In this document: in pieces, positions 37,293 through 48,398 of the stretch | Position numbering within the stretch: the first letter of the stretch is position 1 | Layout: each line of letters starts with the position of its first letter | NCBI GenBank assembly: GCA_965240325.2 | Contig: OZ251222.1 | Span: 3,906,001 to 3,970,000, forward strand | Source of the DNA: Rebecca billardiae RCC1528 | Taxonomy: Eukaryota; Protista; Haptophyta | Length of the DNA stretch: 64,000 bases | Reading direction: 5' to 3' | The notes under the pieces: generated by a model | What the model saw: the letters and a program-made list of their open reading frames with translations, nothing else | Told to the model about the DNA's origin: nothing | Database searches by the model: none | Translations under genes and position numbers: made by a program

Positions 37293-39230
37293 ATGGCGAC
37301 GGCCGTTCAACACGCCGCGACGACAGCCGACGGCCACACGCGGCCTCCGCCGACGACCGAGGCCGATGGTGCCGATGAGGAGGCGCTGTCGCTCCTTGGC
37401 GCCGTCCCCCGCGCCGCGCCGAGCCTCACGCGCACGGACAGCGTGCTGTTGCATTCGCAGCGCACGTTTGCGCTCCTGATGGGCATCGTGATCGTTGTCG
37501 TCGAGGCAGTCCCCTTCGGCCTCGCCATCTTCCCGAGCGAGCTGCGCCTGTCAGGTGTGTGCGGCATCCAGATCTTCCTGCTCAGCTCGGCCGTCGGGCA
37601 GGCGGTGCTCACGCTCGGCTCGCAGTTCGACATGGCCACAGGGCTGATGATGTGTGAGAACGTGCCGCTGATGCACGAGCTCTCCGCGGGCATACACGCG
37701 TACCTGGCCCCGCGTGGGCGCGGCGCGAGCACCATGTCGACGATCATCGCGGCGTGCGCGCTGTCCACGCTCGCCGTGGGCGTCGGCTTCTACGCCCTCG
37801 GCGCGCTGAGGCTGGGCGCGCTCGTGGGCCGTCTGCCCGCGCACTCGCTGCTCGGCTGCATCGGCGGCGTCGCGTTCTTCACGACGCAGCTCGGGTTCGA
37901 GGTCTCGACCGCGCTACCGTTCGCGTGGTGGCAGCCGGCGCACATGCGCGCTCTGCTCCGCCCCGACGAGCTGCCGCTCTGGACGCTCTCCTACGGCCTC
38001 GCGCTCGGGCTGCGCGCGCTCTCGGCGCGCATCAAGTCGCCCGTGCTCACGCCCGCCTACTTCCTCGCCATCCCGTTCGTCGCGCACGGCGCGCTGTTCG
38101 CGCTGGGCATGCGCAGCTCGGACGCGCGCGTGGCGCGCTACTTCTTCGCGAGCCCGAACGCGGTGGAGGCGGCCGCCGACGCGTCCGCCGGCGCCGAGCA
38201 GCGGCCGCTCGTGCGCGACCACTTTGAGCTGTACGGCGCGTTCGACCCGCGGCTGGTGGCGTGGGACGCGATGGCGATGCAGCTGCCCGTGCTGCTCGCG
38301 ATCGTGGGCTTCTCGCTCGCGCACGTGCCGATCAACGTGCCCGCGCTCACCCTCACCTCGGGCGTGCGCGCCGACGTGGACACCGAGCTGCGCGTGCACG
38401 GCGCCGCGTGCGTGCTCGCCGGCTGTGTGGGGTGGCCGCCCGCGTACATGTGCTACGCAAACACGGCCACCTACCTCAAGTGCGGCGGCGGCGGCCGCGT
38501 GTACGGCGGGCTGCTCGCTGTCGCGATGGTGGTCTTCGCGCACGTAGGGCCGCAGTGCATCAGCGTGGTGCCGCGGTGCGTGCGGCGCCGGCGTGCGCGA
38601 CCACTGGCCTGGCGCGCGCGCTCAGCACGCGCCCCGTCCCTCTTTGCTCATGCGGTGCGTGTGCAGCTGCATGGTCGCGGCGCTCTTCTTCCACATCGGC
38701 ATTGAGCTCGGGACCGACTCGTTCGTCGCCCCGCGCGCCCAGATGGGCACGATCGAGTACGCTTGCCTCTGGGCGGTCTCGCTGACCATCGCACTCGTCG
38801 GTGCGCGCGGAGCGGCCACACGTCCGGATCCGTGCCGGCGCCTGCGCGCGCGCCGGTCCACCGCGCATCGGCGCACTCATCGTGATGCGCACGCGCGCGC
38901 GGTATGCCATGACCAGGCATGACGGAGGGCGTGGCGCTGAGCGCGCTGCTAGGCACGGCCACTCTTGCCGCCGGACTGCAACCTCTGTCCATCGACGACC
39001 ACGGCAGCCAGCATCCTCACCCCAAGCCAAAGCAGGCGACGGCGGCGGACGGAGGCAGTGGCGATACCAAGGCAGTGGCCGCGCACGGCGCGGGCGCTGT
39101 GGAAGGAAGCTTCGGCACCGCCGTGAACATCGCCTGCGGTAACAGTGCTGGCGGCAGCGTGCGCGAGGACGCCGATCATGCCCCCCCCACTTGCAATGCT
39201 GCCGCCGCCTCCCCCGCCTCTGATGACTGA
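37293..39230 (+). CDS. SLC26/SulP-family anion transporter, transmembrane domain only, ~576 aa
   Basis: Exons 37293-38575, 38667-38800, 38917-39230. VPFGLAIFP, GSQF...MMCENVP, LGALRLGALVGRLP...GCIGG, HVPINVPAL, DVDTELRVHG; multiple TM helices. Confidence 0.85.
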
Positions 39231-39753
39231 TGCCCGGCCCGCGCCGGCGCCGCGGCGGCGGCACCGTGTCCGTGACCGTCGGCGTACTTATACGCACGGC
39301 TATAGCTAGAGGCTAGAGTATATAGGCCCGCCGTACACTCTGCTACACTGACTGCAGTACCTGATTCTGACTACAGTATAGTAACCTGCTGTGACCTGTC
39401 GACGTCGACGCGCCGCGTTACACGGTTACAGTTACACGTACCGGGCGGCACGGTTGTCGGTTGATGATTGCGCTGACGGGCATCAGCCGCGCGAAGAATA
39501 AGATATCAGGCATCGTCACGGGACATCATCTGAGGCGGCCATCAGCCGGCGGCCCCGGACTCCGTCACGACGACCGAGCGCCGTCACGAGTCACGACGCG
39601 GTGAGTGAGTGAGTTACTCGACTGAGTGACTTTCCGCGAGGGCGCCGTCGCCGTCGGACGTGGGTGCGGGGTGTTACCAACAGTCCAACAGTGACGACGT
39701 GCCCGTGGCCGATCGGATCGGCCACGTGTAATCTCAGACTGTCCATCACGCCA

Positions 39754-40217
39754 CTATCTGCCACGCCGAGAGTTCTTCCTCCTCTCGCGTTCGGTGGCTA
39801 GTCGCGCCGTCTTCTCCTTGCGGAGGCACTGCTGAAAGGTTTTCGCTCGCGCCGAGTCGATCTCACCTGGCTCGAGCTCATCCTCTGCGTAGACACTCTC
39901 GTAGCACTGTTCACTCTGGCAGCGCAGCACGCAGTTGGGCTTCATGTCGGCGTCCCACTCGGAGCAGGGGCCTTCTTCGCACTGCTGGCGCTCGATCTTG
40001 GCCTTGCGGTCACCCACGGCCTATTGCACGCAATGCCCGCGCGAGGTGGGCAAGAGTGGGGCATGATGAGAACCCAGGGGTTCGCGCGGGTGGGGTCGCG
40101 TGGCGTGGGCCACGCGTTGCGGCGCACCTTACTGCGCTTCTTTGCATGCGCACTCGGTGCCGCTACCGCCAGCAAGAACAAGGCCGCAAGCATAGCGCGC
40201 CGACCGCGCGCCATCAT
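39754..40217 (-). CDS. Small secreted Cys-rich protein, DUF4787-like, 118 aa
   Basis: Exons 40217-40128 and 40020-39754. Signal peptide; NCVLRCQSEQCYESVY...LEPGEID...FQQC. Confidence 0.75.
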
Positions 40218-40440
40218 CGCCGGATGAGAATCCAAGCAAGTCGGGATCTGGCACGATGGCCGCTATCTATCTGAGCCCCAAACTTTTCGACGTCGAGCTG
40301 CTGTTTGATTGATGCCCATCAGCTCGAATTCGCATCCACTTGCAAGCCAACCGCAAGGACGGCATCATCTTGGCCGCTGCCAACTGCCCTGCCGGGGAGC
40401 CAGCGTCTGGGCGCTGGCCGGCCCCCGGGGGGCGTGCACG

Positions 40441-41661
40441 ATGGGCGGTGCGGACCCGGGGGACGTGCAGATCGTCGTCGACTATGACAAGCGCGTGCGC
40501 GCGCTCTCCGACGTGGTGTGCAAAGATATCACCGAGCTGTACCAAATGGGCGAGCAGCTGGGCGAGGGGCGCTTCTCAACCGTGCATGCTGGCACTGCCG
40601 CGGGCACGGGCAAGCGGTTCGCGCTGAAAGTGGTGGAGAACAAATCGCTCGCGGACGAGGAGAACCTCGAGGCGCTGGAGCAGGAGGTGCGCATCCTGCG
40701 CATGCTTGAGCACCCGTACGTTGTCAAGCTCAAAGAGGTGGTGATGGCGAACGAGTCCACGTACCTCTGCATGGAGCTGCTCTCGGGGGGCGAGCTCTTC
40801 GGCAAGATCGTCGAGGCGGGCGCGTTCCCGGAAGCCCCCGCCGCGACGCTCTTCGCCAAGCTCCTGATTGGCGTGGAGTTCCTGCACAGCAAAGACGTGG
40901 TGCACCGCGACCTCAAGCCGGAGAACGTGCTCTTTGGTGCGCGCGCGGCGCACGGCGCACCGCCCACGCACCCGCCCACCCTGGGCGGCGTGCGCGCAGC
41001 GCGCGCGCTCCGCGGCGTGCGCTGCGCGACGGACGCCGCCGTTCGGCCCCGCCCCGACGCGCGTGCCGCCCGCGCGCGCGCGCACTCCCCCGCCCTCGGT
41101 GCGCGCCGCCTGTGCCGCGCAGAGACGGGCAGCGGCTCGATGCCGACTGACATTAAGATCATCGACTTTGGGTACGCGGGCGTGTGGACGGCTGCGAAGC
41201 AGCTGAGCGGCCTGTGCGGCACGCCGGACTACGTGAGTCCGGAGGTGCTCTCCTGGTACGACGAGGACACCACGCCGGGCCGGCCGTACGGCAAGTCCTC
41301 CGACGTCTGGTCGCTGGGCGTGCTGCTGTACGTGCTGCTCTCCGGCTGCTCGCCGTTTGCCGCGGACGACGAGGAGGAGCTGCTCAAGCTCGTGGCAAAG
41401 GCGCAGTTCAGCTTCCCGGACAAGGAGTGGGCGAAGGTCTCTGACGCGGCGAAGGACGCCGTGCGCAGGTGCCTCACCGTGGACGAGGCGCAGCGCATCA
41501 CGCTGGCGCAGCTCAAAGAGCACGAGTGGTGCAAAGAGGCGGTCCAGGCTGTCGAGCTCGAGCTCAAGCAGTCGGGCGCGCTCAACCCGCGGGGAAAGGG
41601 CGGCGCCGCAGCCGGGGCAGACGCGGGCGACAAGCAACAATGCTGCTGCACCGTCCAGTGA
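40441..41661 (+). CDS. CAMK-group Ser/Thr protein kinase with C-terminal CCCTVQ, ~344 aa
   Basis: Exons 40441-40936 and 41123-41661. LGEGRFSTV, ALK, HRDLKPEN, DFG, CGTPDYVSPE, DVWSLGV. Confidence 0.95.
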   Translation: MGGADPGDVQIVVDYDKRVRALSDVVCKDITELYQMGEQLGEGRFSTVHAGTAAGTGKRFALKVVENKSLADEENLEALEQEVRILRMLEHPYVVKLKEVVMANESTYLCMELLSGGELFGKIVEAGAFPEAPAATLFAKLLIGVEFLHSKDVVHRDLKPENVLFGARAAHGAPPTHPPTLGGVRAARALRGVRCATDAAVRPRPDARAARARAHSPALGARRLCRAETGSGSMPTDIKIIDFGYAGVWTAAKQLSGLCGTPDYVSPEVLSWYDEDTTPGRPYGKSSDVWSLGVLLYVLLSGCSPFAADDEEELLKLVAKAQFSFPDKEWAKVSDAAKDAVRRCLTVDEAQRITLAQLKEHEWCKEAVQAVELELKQSGALNPRGKGGAAAGADAGDKQQCCCTVQ

Positions 41662-42063
41662 GCTCGGCGCCTCGCGTGCGTACTCTGTCATGATGCGCAC
41701 TGCCGCGCCGTGCCGCAGCAGTGTCCAGCTCGTCGAGCTGCAAGTGCAGCAGCGCCGGCAGCTGCCGACGGCTTTCTCGTCGGTGGTCGCCTGCCAGCGG
41801 CGGCGTGCGGCACCAGGCCGCGCCCGCCCGCTTTTGATTGTTTCAGCTAGCAAATAAGCCCGCCTGTATTTTACAGTTTCAGCCGGAAAGTACGCCGCCA
41901 CGTTGCGCCGCCGCCGCCGCCGTGAGGAGACCCTGTCATGAGAAACGTCAGGTTCTTTGCTTCACACGAAAAGTCGAACTAGAACCTTGCCGCTGCTCCT
42001 GCCACCGCGGCCGTGCCGAGCAGTTCGGTTATGGCTGCGTAGAGCGGCGGTGGTGAGAGCATC

Positions 42064-44111
42064 ATGCCCAGCCACCCGTCGGATGGACCGAGCGCGGTGC
42101 TGCCCGTGTTCGAGGCGTTCCAGAAGGCGCGGATAGAGATGGTCCAGGCCGTCGCTGAGCTTGCCGTGCCGCCGACACATCGCTCCGGGGCAGAGGCGAA
42201 GCGACCCTCCGCGCGCGAGGAGACCGAGTATCGCGCGTGCATCGAAGCGCTGGAGAACTACCGCGTGCAGCTGCGCCAGACGGTGGCGCCGCTCTGCTTC
42301 GACCAGGTGACTGGCGTGCAGCTGTCTGCGCTGATTGCGCTCTCGCGCCTCTCGCGCGCGTCGGATAAGCTCGCCGACGGCCTTGCCAACGGCTCGTTGC
42401 TTCCGCACGTGTGCCACATCCTCGCCAGTCCGCTCTCTCGACGCGACATCAAGCTGGCTGCGGCGCAGCTCCTGCTGCAGGTTGTGCGCGAGCCCAAATA
42501 CGTGGAGCAGGCGATCGAGGCCGGGGCCATCGCGCAGCTCATCGAGAGCTTCGAGGTGCGCCGCCGCGCGCCTCGCTGCCTCGGCTGGGCGCGCCCTCCG
42601 CGCGCGGGCGCTCGACAAGCCCTCGCCCGACCCCTGCCCCCCGGCGCGCGCGCGCGCAGGAGTACGAGCCCGACCTGAAGGTGGCTGCGCTCTGGTGCAT
42701 CGGCGCGTGCGCCGTCTCCGGCGCGCAAGGCGCCAGCTCCCTCATCGAGCTCGGCGCCGTGCGCCCCGCGTCCCTGTGCCTGGGCGAGAAGGAGCTGCGG
42801 CTGCAGCGCATCGCCGCGTCCACGCTCGCCGACATCGCAAAGTGGGAGGAGCCGCTGGCGGAGGCGGTGAACGCGGGCGGCGGCGTGGCGGTGCTCGCGC
42901 CCGCGCTCTCGTGCCGATGCCCGATCGTGCGGACGCAGGCGCTGCGCTGCATCGCGCACCTCGTCAAGTGGGGGCCGGGCAGCACGGACCGTGTGCCGGC
43001 GGACATGTGCGCGCCGCGCCTCGCGCGCGCGCGCGCTGCAACCGCGCGCGCCGGCGCCGCGCGCGGCACGGGCGACCTGGCGCGCAGCGCTGTTGCTCAC
43101 ACCGCCGCACGCGGGCGCGCCCTCCGCGCGCAGGTACCCGACCCTCGTGCAGCTGATGAACGACTCGGACGCGGCCGTCTGCCAGAACGCGGCGACTGTG
43201 GTGCGCGAGCTGTGCAGGAACGACGGTGCGCGCACGCGCCACGGGCCGCGCGCACGCGCCATCGGCAGCGCGCACGCGCCACGGCGCGGCGGCTGGGGCG
43301 GCCGGCGCCGCCCAGCGCCGCGCTGCCGCTCCTGCCTCGCCGGCAGCGGCGCGCGCCGGGCTAACCCGCGCCGCGCGCCGCGCGCCGCGCCCCTGCCGCG
43401 CGCGCAGCCAAGGTCGCCGAGCAGCTCGTCGAGGCGGGCTGCCTGGCGGCGCTGCTGTCCGTGCTCACGGGCGGCCGCGGCTCGCCCGCCGCGCCGGCCA
43501 TGTGCTTCGGCATCATCGGCGGGTACTCGGAGGAGCTCGCGCTCGCCGTGCTCGACAGCGGCGCGCTGCCCGTGCTGGTGCAGGGCCTGCGGCTCAGCGG
43601 CGCGTCGCACATCCGCGTGATCGTCGCCGATGCGCTCGCGGCGATCGGCTCGCAGTCGAGCGACGCCGCCGACGCAATCGCGGCCGTGGGCGCGCTGCCA
43701 GTGCTGCAGTCGCTGGTGGGCGTGCCGGACGAGGCGGAGGCGAAGGCGGCGAAGGAGGCGCTGCGTGCGCTCGCGCCGAACGTGCACCAGTTCGATGCGC
43801 TGCTCGAGATGCTCGAGGCCGCGGTGCACGCGCCCACCACCCTGCCCGCCGCGCTCTCCGCCATCGCGGGCGCGTTCCGCGAAGGCGACGACGTCGGCCG
43901 GCACCAGGCGCACTTTGTGGCCGCGGGGCACATGCGCGCGCTGCAGGTGATGCGCGAGGGGGCGGACGCGCAGCTGCGCATGGCCATCGACGAGCTCAAC
44001 GGCACGTTCCCGGAGGAGGTCGTGGAGCAGCTGCAGCCGGGCTACGAGGCAACGCTGCTCGAGCAGCTCGGCGGCGACGATGAGGACGGGCAAGCGGGAG
44101 GCAAGGGCTAG
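42064..44111 (+). CDS. Divergent SPAG6/PF16-like armadillo-repeat protein, ~544 aa
   Basis: Exons 42064-42555, 42660-43006, 43134-43225, 43408-44111. VFEAFQKARIEMVQAVAELA, EEYEPDLKVAALW, NAATVVRELCR and MCFGIIGGYSEELA parallel PF16 motifs. Confidence 0.8.
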
Positions 44112-45070
44112 GCGGGCGGCGGCGGCGACGCTTGCGTTAGTCACGCGGCAGTCGTATTTACTCTCGCTATAGTATAAGGCCTGATGATGATGACATCACT
44201 GCTGCGCGCATATAATAGCAGCGCAGTCATCGCGTCAGTGCCCGGACGGAATGACAACTGGCGAGACTCCGCCATTCGGGCGCCATGCACACTGACACAT
44301 GACGATATAGTATATTATTAGTAGTAGTAGTGATGATGCGCATGGCGCATGTGTCGATGTGACTTGTGAGAGTGATGTTCGTTACGCACCAGCAGATCGA
44401 CGTGAGACGGCTCAGACGCCCGGACCCGCGGGCGGCCGCACTGAGTCACCCGGAAGCCGAAGGCCTGATGCGGTTGCTGAACTGAAGTCTCGGAACTGCG
44501 CCGTATAGCAGTAGTGACTAGTGAGTCACGCCTGAGTCTCAGACCGTCTGTCGTCTCTGACAGTGACTGTACTCGACTTACTGAGTCTGATACTGCTATT
44601 GGATCTGAATTGATATATGCTTCAGACAGCTCGGACTCGGAGACGACTGCCGCTGCCATGCCGAGCAGACCGTACGACTGCTACTGCTGGCCTGCTGCTG
44701 TGAATCAGCGCTGATCAACGCGGCGCGCTGCCAACTAGTAGACTTGTATATATATAGTGCTAGCAGTATATTACGACGGCGGACACAGTATATATGAACT
44801 TTCATGCGCGAGTCAACCGCCCAACGGCCCGTGACGTGACTACACGAGCAGTCACTCAGACACGCGGCGCGGCAGCTTCGCCGCCACCGCGCCGCCGGCC
44901 GCGCCGCCGCCGCCGCACGAGGCCGAGGCCGACTGTGACGGGCCCTGCCGCACTGTCACGGCCTGCCGCCATACGGCTGGCAGCTGCCAGAAGTCCCGGG
45001 CACCGCGACAGGCGCCGCGACTAGACGCCTCACGTCGTCCACGCTCGGCGGGGCCCGCGTTCGGAGGGAG

Positions 45071-47860
45071 CTAGGCGCGCCTCCGCACGCGCGCGCGCCT
45101 GTTGCGAGACGCGCGCGGCGGGATCCCCAGCCGGCCGCCCGCCTCCGCGCGCTCGCGCCCGTCCGCGGGCAGCTTGGCATAGAAGCGCGCGTACCGCTCC
45201 GCGCTCATCGTGATGATCGAGTCGAAGGTTGGGCGCGCGCTCGCGCCGCGGTGCGGGAGCGCGTCCGAGACGGCGCGGAGGCGCTCGATCGCCGCGGGCG
45301 AGGCGAGCAGCACACGCCCCATCCGGCGCGAGCCCATCAGCCGCCTCCACTCCTCCTCGCTCAGCAGCTCGCGCAGCCGCGCCAGCTTGGGCGCGAGCGT
45401 GCGCGGCGCGTCCACGGTGAGGAGGGACGGGACGAGCGAGCCGAGGAGCGCCGGGCGCGCGTCGGGGATCGTGGCGGCGAGCGCGGCCATCCTGGCCGCG
45501 GGGTCGCGCAGGTTGAGCACGCGCGGCGCACCCACCACCACGCCCGCCACGTCCACGGCGGGGAGCGCGGCGCGGAGCGCGTGCAGCCGCGCGCGCAGCC
45601 GCTCGGGTGCCGTCAGCGCCCAGGGGGTGTGCATGGCGAGCTGCGCGACGCGCTCCGGGGCCACGCGCGGGAGCAGCGCGCGCAACGCGGCCACGTCGCG
45701 CCGGAGCTCGCGGGACGGGTGCCGCAGCAGCAGCTCGGGCGCGCGCGCGAGCAGCGGCGCGCAGCGGCAGCCGGGCAGGGCCGCGCCAAGCTCTGCGCAC
45801 GAGCTGAGCACGGCGCGCCCGAGCAGCGCGGCGCGCGCGGACGGCGCCGTGGGCTCCTGCTGCTGCTCGGCGTCGGCGTCTGCGGCGTCTGCCGCGGGCT
45901 CGGCCTCGGGGGGGGCGCCGTGGCGCAGGACGGCGGCGTCGACCAGCACTCGCGGCGCGGCGCGCAGCACAGCGCACGCGGCCGCGGCCGCGGCCGCGCG
46001 CCCGTCATCGGCCGAGGCCGTGCCCTGCTCGGCGGCCGCGTCCGCGCGGGCGAGCGCGGCGGCGAGCGCGCGCGCGGCCAGGCGCGCGCCCTCCGTGTGC
46101 GCCAGCACGCGCGCCGTCGCCGGCCCGACCGCGGCCGCCGCCCACTCGGGTGCCTCCGCCGGCGCCGGCGCAGCACCCGCCGCCTCCTCAGCAGGCGGCG
46201 GCGGCGGCGGCGGCGGCAGCGGCAGCGGCGGTGCCTCGGCCGCCTCCGCCGCGCGCACGGTCGCGCACGCGGGCCCGAGCTCCGCGACCTCGGCCCAGGC
46301 CCACGCGCACGCGAGCGCGAAGGCGTACTCCGCATCCGCCATGGCGCTCGGCACGATCCGCGCGCTGCCCTCGGCCACCCCGCCGCCCGGCGCGTGCGCA
46401 CATGCCGCCGCCACGAGCGCGGCCCACACCGCGCGCAGCCGCGCGGCCGCCCCGCGCGTGCCCAGCTGCACGGCCAGGGCCAGCAGTGCACTCGGGTGCA
46501 CACTGCTCAGCAGCAGGCCGAGCGCGCGCTCGGTGGGCGGCGGGAGCGTCGGCTCGCCTGCGCGGCCCGCCGGCTCGACGCCGCCCGCCTCGGCCTCGCC
46601 GCGCTGCACCGCCGCCAGCAGGGCGCACAGCTGCGCTCGCGCCTCGCAGCTCACTAGCAGCTGGGGCGCGCGCGCGCACAGCGACGCGGCCGCGGCATGC
46701 GCGCGCGCGACGCTGCGCGCCCGAGGCCCGCTCCGCTCCCACGCGAGCCGCACGCCGCCGTCCGCAGCGCCAGCACCCAGCTCGGGCGCGGCGGTAGCAA
46801 GCGGGCCGTGCAGTGCGCTACCCACGTGCACGAGCGCCTCGCGTGTGGGCGCAGCCAGCGCGGCCACTCGCAGCGCGCGCGAAGTGGCTGACGCGGCTGC
46901 CGCGGGCGGCGCGGCCGGCTCGGGCGCGGCGATGATGGCGTCCAGACCTCCGTCGGGGTCGATGCCGGCGGCGGCGAGGCGCTCGCGCGCGTGCGCGAGG
47001 GTCTGCTCGTGCTCGCGCAGCGCCTGCCGCTCCGCCAGCACGAGCAGCCGCTCGACGCACACGCCCGGACAGAGACGGCTCACCTCGCCCTCCGCGGGCG
47101 GAGCCGAGCGCTGAGGGCGCGCCGAGCCGCTGGCGCCGGCCGTGCCGCCGCCGCTGTCGGCTGCGGTGGCGTCGGTGGCGGTCGGGGCGCCGCGCGAGGC
47201 GCGCGCGTCCATCTGGCGCGCCGCGGCGGCCATGGCGGCGAGCTCGTCGGCCGCGCCGTCCCCGCGCACCACCTGCGTGCCGGACTGTGTGCCGCGCTTG
47301 TCCTCGCGCGCGCTCGCCTCCGCCCGCTGCTGCGCGGCAGCGGCCGCGTCCGCCGTGTCCAGGGCGAGCACGCCGTCCGCGCCGCGGTGCAGCCGGATGC
47401 GGCGCTCGCGCACGACGCGCTCGTTGCCGGTGAGCGAGTCGTCCTCCATCCACCGCACCAGCAGCCGATGCTCGCCCGAGCCGCCCTCGCCCTCGGCGCC
47501 GGGCGGTGGGTGTGCGAGCGCGTGGTGCATGTGCGCGTGCCACAGGCTGACGCGCTCAGCTGGCAGCCCGAGCTGCGAGCCGAGGATGCGAGCCGCGGTG
47601 GGCGCGAGCGGCTCGCCGCCGGTGCGAGCGAACGCCAGGTTGAGCGAGAGCTGGCGCGCGCGCTCGATCCTGGCCAGCTCAGCGGGATCGTCGACGTCGT
47701 GCGACCCGTCGGCTGCGGGCGATGCGCGCTCCGCCAGCCTCACGAGCGCCCTCTCCGGCGCCAACACGGCGCGCGAGGCCACACGGGGGCGAGCGACGCG
47801 CGCGAAAGCCCCGTCGCGAGCCGTCAGCGCGAGGCTGACGAGCGTCGCGCAACACAGCAT
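45071..47860 (-). CDS. Probable plastid-targeted protein with C-terminal mTERF-like repeats
   Basis: Single long ORF. Signal-like MLCCATLVSLAL...GAF followed by an Arg-rich transit region. Repeats LLARAPELL, VVVGAPRVL, LVPSLLTVDAPRTLAPKLARL. Alternative ATG at 47905. Confidence 0.6.
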   Translation of the reverse strand: MLCCATLVSLALTARDGAFARVARPRVASRAVLAPERALVRLAERASPAADGSHDVDDPAELARIERARQLSLNLAFARTGGEPLAPTAARILGSQLGLPAERVSLWHAHMHHALAHPPPGAEGEGGSGEHRLLVRWMEDDSLTGNERVVRERRIRLHRGADGVLALDTADAAAAAQQRAEASAREDKRGTQSGTQVVRGDGAADELAAMAAAARQMDARASRGAPTATDATAADSGGGTAGASGSARPQRSAPPAEGEVSRLCPGVCVERLLVLAERQALREHEQTLAHARERLAAAGIDPDGGLDAIIAAPEPAAPPAAAASATSRALRVAALAAPTREALVHVGSALHGPLATAAPELGAGAADGGVRLAWERSGPRARSVARAHAAAASLCARAPQLLVSCEARAQLCALLAAVQRGEAEAGGVEPAGRAGEPTLPPPTERALGLLLSSVHPSALLALAVQLGTRGAAARLRAVWAALVAAACAHAPGGGVAEGSARIVPSAMADAEYAFALACAWAWAEVAELGPACATVRAAEAAEAPPLPLPPPPPPPPAEEAAGAAPAPAEAPEWAAAAVGPATARVLAHTEGARLAARALAAALARADAAAEQGTASADDGRAAAAAAACAVLRAAPRVLVDAAVLRHGAPPEAEPAADAADADAEQQQEPTAPSARAALLGRAVLSSCAELGAALPGCRCAPLLARAPELLLRHPSRELRRDVAALRALLPRVAPERVAQLAMHTPWALTAPERLRARLHALRAALPAVDVAGVVVGAPRVLNLRDPAARMAALAATIPDARPALLGSLVPSLLTVDAPRTLAPKLARLRELLSEEEWRRLMGSRRMGRVLLASPAAIERLRAVSDALPHRGASARPTFDSIITMSAERYARFYAKLPADGRERAEAGGRLGIPPRASRNRRARVRRRA

Positions 47861-48054
47861 GCCGCGGCCCGCGTGGACGGCCGATTTTTTGCGTGAGCCC
47901 GGCATGCTGGTCCGGGTGAACCAGTCCGGATGGCCGCCCGCCTGAGCTCAGTACTAAATACTTAGCTCGGTGCTGAGCAACCAGCGCCGCACTGCTCATC
48001 AAGCAGGCGGCCTTTCGGGGCGGTGGTCGCCGGGACGAAAAGGCTCGGCAGGGC

Positions 48055-48367
48055 ATGAGCACGACGGAAGAGCTGCACCAGCCAGCGGATGCGGGCGGCG
48101 GCTCGTTCAACAACAAGCGGCAGCGCACCGCCTGGGACGTGGACGTCTCGCTCGAGAAGCTCGTGAGCTGGGATGTGCTCGAGCAATTCATGCAGGAGTT
48201 TCCAGACGAGCACACGCTGGTGGGCGCGTGCGGCGGCGGAGCCGGCTGCGGCGGTGGGGCACCGACCAGCGCAGGGCTCGACAGCGACCTCTTTGGCGGC
48301 GCACTGGGTGCCCAGGCTGGGCTCGCTGAACTACCGGGGAGCGCACAGCCAGTGGCAGCGGCACGTG

Positions 48368-48398
<31 letters not shown>

